Below are positions 37,940 to 49,048 of a DNA stretch of 49,048 bases, one piece after another. Below the pieces are notes generated by a model, which was not told where the DNA came from, ran no database searches, and was given only the letters and a program-made list of their open reading frames with translations. A program made the translations under genes and the position numbers. Position 1 is the first letter of the stretch. Each line of letters starts with the position of its first letter. This DNA is from Chiloscyllium plagiosum (taxonomy: Eukaryota), in contig NC_057734.1 of the NCBI RefSeq assembly GCF_004010195.1, positions 44,078,221 to 44,127,268 on the forward strand, in the 5' to 3' direction.

Positions 37940-40900
37940 GTCAAGCCATGCTGAATATGCTTGATTAATTCTTGCCTTTCCAAGTTGAGTTTACTTCTGT
38001 CTTTCAGACATTTTTCCACGTTTCCCTACTAATGATGTTAGACAGACTGTTCTATAGTTCCCTAGTTTAGCCCTACTACCCTCCTTGAATAATTGCTGAA
38101 AGTTTGAAAGCTGTAAATTGTCAGATTAAAATTCAGGCACCACATATTTTGTCTTGAACATTAATTTTAGGATCCCTACAATCTCCTCCTTTGCCGTCCA
38201 CAGCAGACTGGGATATGTCTCATTTGGGCCGAGGGATTTATTGAATTTTAAGCTTGCGAAAACCATGAATATCTCGCCCATCTCAATTGTGACTTGTTCA
38301 AGTATACCTACATCAGATTTCTCCATGATGCTGCTTGCAGATGGAAAACACTCATTTAAAACATTGACAATATTTTCGAGATCCACACACAGTTTGCCAC
38401 TTCAGTCCCTCATTGAACATTTCCTCTTTTCATGGTTATTCCCTTGCCTGAAATATACTTATAAATGCCTTTGTATTTACTTTTATTTTACTCATTAATG
38501 TCCTTTCATGTTCTCTCTTTATTTTCCTAAGTTTTGTTTTAGGAAAGTAACCTCCTGCACTTTCAATACATATTTGGAACATTCAGTGTTTTGAGCCCTT
38601 GATGTCGATTATAAGCTTCCCATTTTCCTTTAGCCAAACCTGTACATTCCTTGATATTCAGGGTTCCCTGGACTTGTTGAAGCAGTCTTTACAAAAATAT
38701 GTTTGGCCCTGTATCCCACTACTCTCCTTCTGAAAGACTCCCACTACACTAGTGTAGAGTTTCCTTCCAGTACGTGCTCCCAGTCCAGATCAAGATACTT
38801 ATCAAAATTTGGCTGTCGTTAATTCAACACCCTTACTGCCAGCCCACCTTGTCCTTTTCCATGCCTACCTTAAATCTTACTTCTATGCACAGAGCACTGC
38901 GCTGCCAGTCCTGCCCCTCCCTCAATCACGTCTCCGTGTTAGCAATTGTTATGAAGATGTGGGTGTACTGTATCTTTAAGTGAGTTAAAAGCTAGCAGAA
39001 CTACCTGACACTACCAAGTGTTCTGAATAAGGTAACAATGTAACACTTGGTCGAACGTTAGATCAGCTGATTGCCTGGAGAGAAAAATTTAAATTAGGCC
39101 AATCAGTTTAAATTGTACCCCAAAAAATACCAAATGCCAATTGAGTCTCAAATTTTCACAGATTACAGCTCGGGATAAATCTTTTCTGTGTTGCTGGTTT
39201 AAATTCAGCATGAGGGCATAACCTGTGTCATAACAGATAAAATTTGAGAGGATAAGAACCATTTAAAGTAAAAATTAACAACTTTATTTCTTCAAGTAGA
39301 ACAGAGAATAATTAACGAACAACTATTTACAACTCCTTCCTCTAACCTATCTTTTAGCTTCCCTTCTATAATATTCATCCGATAAAATCCCCCAATTAAA
39401 ATTTACCAAAAATTCAAGTTTTCAGAACAGCCAGATGTTGAAGCTTCTTTTCTCCTTCTTAGGGATTTCTGCTTCACAGGTCACGGATTGATAAAGGTAC
39501 CTTTATGAGAGCTATTCTCTGGGCAGTCTGCAGATGTTGTTGGCTTGGCAGTTCTCCTTCCAACGGTTCAATTTTCTCTGGTCGTATACTTCCATAGCAT
39601 TGGATTGTGTCATTGGCGTTTAAGATTGTCAAGATACTAAATTCAAACTTGGTTGGAGTTTGGTATTTTTGGGGGTATAATTTAAACTGATTGGCCAAAT
39701 TTGAATTTCTATTTTTCTCCAGGCAACTCAGCTAATCTAGCTTTTGATCAACTGTTACATTGTTACCTTATTCAGAACACTTGGTGCTGTCAGGTAGTTC
39801 TGCTAGCTTTTAACTCTCTTAAAAGTACAGAAACCCCACGTCTTCATAACACAATTATATTAATCAACACCCTCAACTCCCCTGCATTATTCACGAGACT
39901 CCTTGAATTAAAATAAATGCCATCCTTTACCATGCTATCTTGTGACTTTCCTTGACTATATATGATTTGCCTTCCAGAATGATTTATCTTTCTCTTCAAT
40001 ATTTGTCTGTGCTTCATCCCTCATTGTACAATTACTCAGTATCCTCCCACTCCCTCCCAGCATCACCCCCCAAACCTGCCCCAGCAAATAATTTTAATTC
40101 ACCACCAAGGGCACTAGAAATGTCTGTTGTACAAATGTTAATCCTATTTGATGGAGGCCAAACAGATTGTACAGGTCACATCTTTGTTAAAAAAGTATCT
40201 AAGAATCTAAAGCACTACCTTCTTGGACCAACTCTTCAACCACACTTTTATCTGCTTTCTCTGCCCATTCTTATCTTGACGCCAGCCAGCAGTAATCCAG
40301 GAATTTCAACTTTTGGAAGTCTTGCTTTTCAATATGCTACCTCAATCGATAACATCTTTGGTAGGATTACAGCTCTCTTTATACTCATGTGGTTGGTAAC
40401 AGTGTGAACTACCTCCACTGACTGTTACACCCCCAACAATCAGAATGTTCTGTAATGTCCTGGTGAATCTCCTTTGCACTTGCTCCAGTGCAATCACATC
40501 TTTGTGTGGTGACCAGAACTGCATACAGTACTGTATCTGTGGCCTAACCAAAGTTTTGTATAGCTCCAACATAACCTCCCTGGTCTTATAATCTATGCCT
40601 TGATTTATAAAGACAAGTGCCTTTCTGCTTTCTTAACCACCCATGAAGCTGCCTTGCTGCCTTCAGGGATGTGTGGAGATGCACCCCAAGATCTCTTTGT
40701 TTTTCTGAGCTTCCTACTGCCCTGTCATTCACTGAGTGCTCCTTTGTTTTCTATTTCTTCAAAGTTGCATCCTCTGTCACTTTCTAGGGTTAAACTGCAC
40801 CTACTATTTATCCGTACATCTGGCCAACCTGTCTATATCTTCCTGCACTCTAAGACAGTTTTCTTGACGGACAGAGACCTGGTCAATTTTCATGCCTTCC

Positions 40901-41020
40901 ACAAACTTACGTATTATCCTGCTCCCTCTACTTTGCGTTCTGTATTGTTTGTATATCCTGGACAAAGAGGGACCCAGTACTAATTCTTGTGGTATACCAC
41001 TGGACACAGGCATCCAGTCA
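37940..41020 (-). mobile_element. Composite of degenerate CR1 fragments, interrupted by the element at 38947-39851
   Basis: LNECFPS..KSLGPNETYP, LYKTLVRPQIQYCMQFWSP and SGIPQELVLGP motifs on the minus strand. Confidence 0.75.
38947..39851. mobile_element. Fold-back LTR-derived element with about 195-bp inverted termini
   Basis: TGTTATGAAGA...TCTTCATAACA ends; 4-bp TSD CAAT; internal CATAACA at about 39234. Confidence 0.78.
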
Positions 41021-41029
41021 AAGTAGGAC

Positions 41030-41335
41030 TGGGAATGGCCTAGTAGTATTACCTCTAGACGATTAATGCAGCAATCCTAGCAGGGTTCTGGAGCCTGGGT
41101 TCAAATTCTGCCATAGCAGATGATGGCATTTGAGTTCAATGAAAGTCTGGAATTAAGAGTTTAATGGTCACTTTTGCCAGCGTAATTATCCATCGGGTTT
41201 ATCTAGGCCGTGTATGGAAGGAAACTGCTGTCCTTACCCAGTCTGGCCTACATGTGGCTACAGGCCCACAGCAATGTGGTTGATTCTAAACAATAAACAC
41301 TGGCCAGTGACACCCATATCCTGTGAATGAATTAA
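41030..41335 (+). mobile_element. SacSINE/DeuSINE-like SINE
   Basis: Box A TGGCCTAGTAG, box B GGGTTCAAATTC, central GGAAGGAAACTGCTGTCCTTACCCAGTCTGGCCTACATGTG. Confidence 0.7.
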
Positions 41336-41431
41336 AAAGGCAGCCTCTATAAGCATCTTGGTTTCTTTCCAGAAAGGTCTATCCATCTTGCAAAGTTAGC
41401 CCGATCCTGTGTAAGATCTTGCCAAAGGCTT

Positions 41432-44362
41432 TGAGTCATAGAGTCATAGAGATGTACAGCATTGAAACAGACCCTTTGGTCTAACCCGTCCATGCCGACC
41501 AGATATCCCAACCCAATCTTGTCCCACCTGCCAGCACCCTGCCCATATCCCTTCCTATTCATATACCCATCCAAATGCCTCTTAAATGTTGCAATTTACC
41601 AGACTCCACCACATCCTCTGGCAGCTCATTCCATACACGTACCACCCTCTGTGTGAAAAAGTTGCCCCTTAGGTCTCTTTTATATCTTTCCCCTCTCGCC
41701 CTCAACCTATGCCTTCTAGTTCTGGACTCCCCGACCCCAGGGAAAAGACTTTGTCTATTTATCCTATCCATGCCCCTCATAATTTTGTAAACCTCTATAA
41801 GGTCACCCCTCAGCCTCCGATGCTTCAGGGAAAACAGCCCCAGCCTGTCTGGCCTCTCCCTTTAGCTCAGATCCTCCAACCCTGGCAACATCCTTGTAAA
41901 TCGTTTCTGAACCCATTCAAGTTTCACAACATCTCTCCGATAGGAAGAAGACCAGAATTGCACACAATATTCCAACAGTGGCATAACCAATGTCCTGTAC
42001 AGGCGCAACATGACCTCCCAACTCCTGTACTCAATACTCTGACCAATAAAGGAAAGCATACCAAATGCCTTCTTCACTATTATATCTACCTGCGACTCCA
42101 CTTTCAAGGAGCTATGAACCTGCACTCCAAGGTCTCTTTGTTCAGCAACACTCCCTAGGTCCTTACCATTAAGTGTATAAGTCCTGCTAAGATNNNNNNN
42201 NNNNNNNNNNNNNNNNNNNNNNNNNNNNNNNNNNNNNNNNNNNNNNNNNNNNNNNNNNNNNNNNNNNNNNNNNNNNNNNNNNNNNNNNNNNNNNNNNNNN
42301 NNNNNNNNNNNNNNNNNNNNNNNNNNNNNNNNNNNNNNNNNNNNNNNNNNNNNNNNNNNNNNNNNNNNNNNNNNNNNNNNNNNNNNNNNNNNNNNNNNNN
42401 NNNNNNNNNNNNNNNNNNNNNNNNNNNNNNNNNNNNNNNNNNNNNNNNNNNNNNNNNNNNNNNNNNNNNNNNNNNNNNNNNNNNNNNNNNNNNNNNNNNN
42501 NNNNNNNNNNNNNNNNNNNNNNNNNNNNNNNNNNNNNNNNNNNNNNNNNNNNNNNNNNNNNNNNNNNNNNNNNNNNNNNNNNNNNNNNNNNNNNNNNNNN
42601 NNNNNNNNNNNNNNNNNNNNNNNNNNNNNNNNNNNNNNNNNNNNNNNNNNNNNNNNNNNNNNNNNNNNNNNNNNNNNNNNNNNNNNNNNNNNNNNNNNNN
42701 NNNNNNNNNNNNNNNNNNNNNNNNNNNNNNNNNNNNNNNNNNNNNNNNNNNNNNNNNNNNNNNNNNNNNNNNNNNNNNNNNNNNNNNNNNNNNNNNNNNN
42801 NNNNNNNNNNNNNNNNNNNNNNNNNNNNNNNNNNNNNNNNNNNNNNNNNNNNNNNNNNNNNNNNNNNNNNNNNNNNNNNNNNNNNNNNNNNNNNNNNNNN
42901 NNNNNNNNNNNNNNNNNNNNNNNNNNNNNNNNNNNNNNNNNNNNNNNNNNNNNNNNNNNNNNNNNNNNNNNNNNNNNNNNNNNNNNNNNNNNNNNNNNNN
43001 NNNNNNNNNNNNNNNNNNNNNNNNNNNNNNNNNNNNNNNNNNNNNNNNNNNNNNNNNNNNNNNNNNNNNNNNNNNNNNNNNNNNNNNNNNNNNNNNNNNN
43101 NNNNNNNNNNNNNNNNNNNNNNNNNNNNNNNNNNNNNNNNNNNNNNNNNNNNNNNNNNNNNNNNNNCCTACAGTCTATATCTTCCATATCCTTTTCCACA
43201 CTAAATACTGATGCAAAATATTCATTTATTATCTCCCCCATTTTCTGTGGCTCCACACAAAGGCTGCCTTGCTGATCTTTGAGGGGCCCTATTCTCTCCC
43301 TAGTTACCCTTTTGTCCTTAATGTAATTGCAAAAACCCTTTGGATTCTCCTTAATTCTACTTGCCAAAGCTATCTCATGTTCCCTTTTTGCCCTCCTGAT
43401 TTCCCTCTTAAGTATACTCCTATTTCCTTTATACTCTTCTAAGGATTCACTTGATCTATCCTGTTTATACCTGACATATGTTTCCTTCCTTTCCTTAACC
43501 AAAACCTCAATTTCTTTAGTCATCAAGCATTCCCTATACCTACCAGCCTTCCCTTTCACACTTACAGGAATATACTTTCTCTGGATTCTTGTTATCTCAT
43601 TTCTGAAGGCTTCCCATTTTCCAGCCGTCCCTTTACATCTGCCTCCAATCAGCTTTCGAAAGTTCTTGCCTAATACCTAATAACTTCAACTTTTAGATCT
43701 GGTCTATCTTTTTCCATCACTATTTTAAAACAAATAGAATTATGGTCGCTGGCCCCAAAGTGCTCTCCCACTGACACCTCAGTCACCAGCCCTGCCTTAT
43801 TTCCCAAGGGTAGGTCAAGTTTTGCACCTTCTCTAGTAGGTACATCCACATACTGAATCAGAAAATTGTCTTGTATACACTTAAAAAATTCGCCTCCATC
43901 TAAACCCTTAACACTATGGCAGTCCCAGTCAATGTTTGGAAAGTTAAAATCCCTGACCATAACCACCCTATTATTCTTACAGATAGCTGAAATCTCCTTA
44001 CAAGTTTGTTTCTCAATTTCCCTCTAACTATTGGGGGGTCTATAATGCAATCCCAATAAGGTGATCAATCCCTTTCTTATTTCTCAGTTCCACCCAAATA
44101 ACTTCCCTGGATATATTTCTGGGAATATCTTCCCTCAGCACAGTTGTAGTGCTATCCCTTATCAAAAATGCTACTCCCCCTCCTCTCTTGCCTCCCTTTC
44201 TATCCTTCCTGCAGCATTTGTGTCCTGGAACATTAAGCTGCCAGTCCTGCCCATCCCTGAGCCATGTTTCCGTAATTGCTATGATATCCCAGTCCCATGT
44301 TCCTAACCATGCGTTGAGTTCAAAGCCTTCCCTGTTAGGCCCCTTGCATTGAAATAAATGGT
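41432..44362 (-). mobile_element. CR1 LINE ORF2 spanning an assembly gap
   Basis: Endonuclease (DFNFPNIDW, SDHN), tether and C-terminal motifs either side of the N run; (CTATGACT)n-type tail. Confidence 0.92.
42194..43166. other. Assembly gap (973 N)
   Basis: Run of N. Confidence 1.
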
Positions 44363-45605
44363 ATATCTTGTCAGATGTGGGAGTTTAAAGAGAGTTTAAG
44401 GGTTACTGTGGATTATATCTGCCATAATTGCTGTTGGATGCGAATCTTATCAGATCAAGTGGATCGGTTGGAGAGACAGATAGAAGCGATGAGGAATTTG
44501 CAACAGCAATAGTATGTGATGGATGCTGGTAGTCTAAGCTACATCAACTCATATATGAGGATAAACTCATCTGCACACCTATCCATGACTATCCATGCCT
44601 ATAAACTCTTTAATTGATGGCGTCAGCCATGCACTAGCTTCGAAATTTATATTTATCAAAATTACTGGAGTTGAATCAAGCAGTAATTGCTCAAAAAACA
44701 GTCAACTCCTGACTCGTCAACTGACAGAGCCAGTGATTATAATTTTCTCATGTGTGATTGCAACTGAAATACAAAACTTAATATTTTTGCTGCAGATTTA
44801 AAACATTTTCAAATGCATTACAATCACCTGAAAATGTCACATGCTATCAGTGCTCCTATTGCTCTTCTCAGCTTTGAATATTTTAAAATACTTTTGTAGA
44901 ATGTGGATGTTAAGGGCCAGGCCAGCCTTTGCTATATGTCCTTATTGCCCTTGAGCTGAGAGGCTGTTTAGGCCTTTTCCGAGGACCGAACAGTCAACCA
45001 CGTTGCTGTGGGTCTGGAGTCACATTTTGGCCAGACCAGGTAAGGTGGGCAGACCTTCAAAATCTGTAGGGACATTGTGCCACCTTTAACATTTTAAGTT
45101 TTCACAGCTTTTTTCAGAAATCAGTCTATTTGGACAGGCTATCTGCATGGCACATGGGATTGAACCTACACATTGGGACATTATCACTTCGTCATAAGAA
45201 CACAGCTCTCACAGTTGATGCTTTTTTTGACAATGCCTTAGTTTGCTGGACCAGTGGCAAAGACTTACAAAAAACTTTGGTGTCCTCTGGTGGTGGTGAA
45301 CAAATTTACAATGAGTAGATGCATATTCCATCATCACATCACACATAAGAAAACATTTTGAATCAGCTGAAATGTATATAAAATGTTTATTCGTGATATC
45401 TATTTATATTAATATTATTTATCCCTTACTTAGATTTATAAATATAAACAGTACAAGCTTGAATTTTCTGCAATAAAGGTATCATAGCCTGATTTTCTCC
45501 AGCCCTATGGAGGTGCTGTTTTGGGAAGAGAAGAAGGCAGTGAAGGAAGAGAATGTGATGCAAAGAGTCTGAAAGAGACGCATTAGAGCTAACCCCTGAC
45601 ATTTT

Positions 45606-46175
45606 GTCAAAAATTGTGGTGCCAGGAAAGCACATCAGGTCAGGCAGCACCCGAGGAGCAGAAGATCGACGTTTGGGGCATAAGCCCTTCATCAGGAATG
45701 TGGAGGTGTAACCCCAAGGGGGCTGAGAGATAAATGGGAGAGAGTTGGGGCTGGGGGTGAGTAGCAATAGGTAGATGAATGCTAGGCGTGATAGTGATAG
45801 GTCAGACCGGATAAGTGGGAAGGAAAATGGATAGTTCATGAGGGCAATGCCAAGTTGGAGGATTGGATCTGGGATAAGGGGAGATGAGAAACTGGTGAAA
45901 TTTACATTGATGCCATGTGGTTGGACAGTCCTAAGGCAGAAGATGAGGACTTCCTCCTCCAGTGATTGGGTGGCTAGGATTTGGTGGTGGAGGAGGCACA
46001 GGACTTGCATATCCTTGGTGGAGTGGGAGGGGGATTTAAAGTGGTCAGCCACTGGGTGATGGGGATATATGGTGCATGTATCCCAGAGATGTTCCCTGAA
46101 CCGTTCTGCAAGTTGACGTCCTGTCTCCCCAATGTAGAGGAACCCACATCTAGAACAACGGGCACAATACATGAG
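45606..46175 (-). mobile_element. Penelope-like element GIY-YIG endonuclease plus terminal repeat
   Basis: YCARCSRCGFLYIGETGRQLAERFREH..VADHF..E..LI..L..P.GIN; terminal CTGATGAAGGGCTTATGCCCCAAACGTC. Confidence 0.9.
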
Positions 46176-48542
46176 GTCATAGAGTCATAGAGATGTTCAG
46201 TATGGAAACAAACCCTTCAGTCCAACCTGTCCATGCCGACCAGATATTTCAACCCAATCTAGTCCCACCTGCCAGGATATGGCCCATATCCCTCCAAACC
46301 CTTCCTATTCATATACTCATCCAAATGACTTTTAAATGTTGCAATTGTATCAGCCTCCATCATTTCCCCTGGCAGCTCATTCCATACATGTAACACCCTC
46401 TGTGTGAAAAAGTTGCCCCTTAGGTATCTTTTATATCTTTCCCCTCTCATCCTAAACCTATGCCCTCTAGTTCTGGACTCGCCCACCCCAGGAAAAACAC
46501 TTTGTCTACTTATCCTATCCATGTCCCTCATGATTTTGTAAACCTCTATAAGGTCACCCCTCAACCTTCGATGCTCCAGGTCACAAGCCTCCAGTCTGAA
46601 AAACAACCCTCCACCACCACTCTCCGTCTTCTACCTTTGAGCCAATTCTGTATCCAAATGGCTAGTTCTCCCTGTATTCCATGAGTTCTAACAGCCCCAG
46701 CCTGTTCAGCCTCTCCCTATAGCTCAAATCCTCCAACCCTGGCAACATCCTTGTAAATCTTTTCTGAACCCTTTCAAGTTTCACAACATCCTTCTGATAG
46801 GAAGGAGACCAGAATTGCACACAATATTCCAACAGTGGCCCAACCAATATCCTGTACAACCGCAACATGACCTCCCAACTCCTGTACTCAATATTCTGAC
46901 CAATAAAAGAAAGCATCCCAAACGCCTTCTTCACAATCCTATCTACCTATGACTCCACTTTAAAGGAGCTATGAACCTGCACCCTAAGGTCTCTTTGTTC
47001 AGCAACATTCCCTAGGACCTTACCATTAAGCATATAGGTCCTGCTAAGATTTGCTTTCCCAAAATGCAGGACCTCAAATTTAGCTGAATTAAACACCATC
47101 TGCCACTTCTCGGCCCATTTGGCCCATCTGATCAAGATCCTGTTGTAATTGAGGTAATCTTCTTCACTGTCCACTACACTCCAATGTTGGCGTCATCTGC
47201 AAACTTATTAACTACACCTCTTATGCTCACATTCAAATCATTTATGTAAATGACAAAAGGTAGTGGACCCAACACAATCCTTGTGGCACTCCACTGGTCA
47301 CAGGCCTCCAGTCTGAAAAACAACCCTCCACCACCACCCTCTGTCTTCTACCTTTGAGCCAGTTCTGTATCCAAATGACTAGTTCTCCCTTTATTCCATG
47401 AGATCTAACCTTGCTAACCAATCTCCCATGGGGAACCTTGTCAAATGCCTGACTGAAGTCCATATAGATCACATCTACTGCTCTGCCCTCATCAATCCTC
47501 TTTGTTACTTCTTCAAAAAGCTCAATCAAGTTTGTGAGACATGATTTCCCATGCCAAAACCATGTTGACTATCTCTAATCAGACATTGCCTTTCCAAATA
47601 CATGTACATCCTGTCCCTCAGGATTCCCTCCAACAACTTGCCCACCACTGACATCAGGCTCACTGGTCTATAGTTCCCTGGCTTGCCCTTCTTAAACAGT
47701 GGCACTATGTTAGTCAACCTCCAGTCTTCCGTCGCCTCACTTGTGACTATCGATGATACAGGTATCTCAGCAGGAGGTCCAGCAATCACTTCTCTATCTT
47801 CCCACAGAGTTCTAGGGTACACCTGATCAGGTCCTGGTGATTTATTCACCTTTATGAGTTTCAAGACATCCAGCACTTCCTCTTTTGTAATATGGACATT
47901 TTGCAAGGTGTCACCATCTATTTCCCTACATTCTATATCTTCCATATCCTTTTCCACAGTAAATACTGATGCAAAATACTCATTTAGTATCTCCCCCATT
48001 TTCTGCTGCTCCACACAAAGGCCGCCTTGTTGATCTTTGAAGGCCCTATTCTCTCCCTAGTTACCCTTTTGTCCTTAATGTAATTGTAAAAACTCTTTGG
48101 TTTCTCCTTAACTCTATTTGCCAATGCTATCTCATCCCCCCTTTTTGCCCTCCTGATTTCCCTTTTAAGTATACTCCTACTGCCTTTATACTCTTCTAAG
48201 GATTCCCTCAATCTATCCTGTCTATACCTTACATATGCTTCCTTCTTTTTCTTAACCAAACACTCAATTTCTTTAGTCATCCACCATTCCCTATCCCTCC
48301 CAACCTTTCCTTTCACCCTAACAGTAATATACTTTCTCTGGATTCTCATGACTTCATTCCTGAAGGCTTCACATTTTCCAGCTGTCCCTTTACCTGCGAA
48401 CATCTGCCCCAGTCAGCTTAATACTATCAAAATTAGCCTTTCTCCCATTTAGTACTACAACGTTTAGATCTGGTCTATCCTTTTTCATCACTATTTTAAA
48501 TCTAATGGAATTATAATTGTTGGCCCCAAAGTGCTGTCCCCA
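46176..48542 (-). mobile_element. CR1 LINE ORF2 (tether, RT, C-terminus), with a small internal duplication near 46578-46690
   Basis: KSPGPD, NYRPVSL, YMDFSQAFDKVPH, SGVPQG, FADD and FTQRVLHVWNELP. Confidence 0.92.
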
Positions 48543-49048
48543 TTAGTCCAAGAACTCCCCACCTACGTTCGTGACACCACCCACGCCCTCCACCTCCTCC
48601 AGGATTTCCGTCTCCCCGGTCCCCAACGCCTCATCTTCACCATGGACATCCAGTCCCTGTACACCTCCATCCCCCATCACGAAGGACTCAAAGCACTCCG
48701 CTTCTTCCTTTCCCGCCGTACCACCCAGTACCCTTCCACCGACACCCTCCTTCGACTGACCGAACTGGTCCTCACCCTGAACAACTTTTCTTTCCAATCC
48801 TCCCACTTTCTCCAAACAAAAGGAGTAGCCATGGGCACCCGCATGGGCACCAGCTATGCCTGCCTCTTCGTAGGGTATGTGGAACAATCCATCTTCCGCA
48901 ACTACACTGGCCCCACCCCCCATCTTTTCCTCCGCTACATTGATGACTGTATCGGCGCTACCTCGTGCTCCCACGAGGAGGTTGAACAGTTCATCCACTA
49001 CACTAACACCTTCCACCCCAACCTCAAATTCACCTGGACAGTCTCAGA
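48543..49048 (+). mobile_element. Penelope-like element reverse transcriptase (partial, runs off the window)
   Basis: Open + frame: YVRDT..LIFTMDIQSLYTSIPH..LTLNNFSF..QTKGVAMGTRMGTSYACLFVG..LRYIDD..NTFHPNLKFT. Confidence 0.92.

Noticed and set aside
41862-43559. 565-aa ORF
   Set aside because: Artefact of translating through the N gap; the flanks are CR1 ORF2.
1-49048. CRISPR arrays, operons, rRNA or tRNA genes
   Set aside because: None seen; the tRNA-like boxes belong to SINE heads.

Overview
Eukaryotic, repeat-dense vertebrate DNA, most likely a cartilaginous fish (shark). This is inferred from the CR1/HER1-type LINEs, HE1- and SacSINE-type SINEs and Penelope termini; it is not prokaryotic, and most short ORFs in the track are TE debris. 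One host gene can be reconstructed by hand on the + strand at 20132-26884. It is a 5-6 exon type I membrane receptor of about 272-283 aa, with a single VJ-type Ig V domain, a stalk cysteine, an uncharged TM segment and a tail carrying ITSM (TIYATL), ITIM (VEYSTV) and ITIM-like (MVYSKL) motifs. This fits a CD28/CTLA-4/PD-1-family-like inhibitory receptor. Upstream (2199-15310) is a stack of elements: a Gmr1-type Gypsy remnant, a CR1 LINE, and a decayed epsilon-like endogenous retrovirus (gag knuckle, protease, putative 2H phosphoesterase, RT, RNase H, integrase, env, 3' LTR). The retrovirus was hit twice by a FLYWCH-type Mutator DNA transposon. Also present are Penelope-like elements with minimal hammerhead cores, palindromic Penelope-derived inserts in the receptor introns, a fold-back LTR-derived element, many CR1 fragments and a 973-bp assembly gap. 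All calls come from manual reading; no database searches were run.
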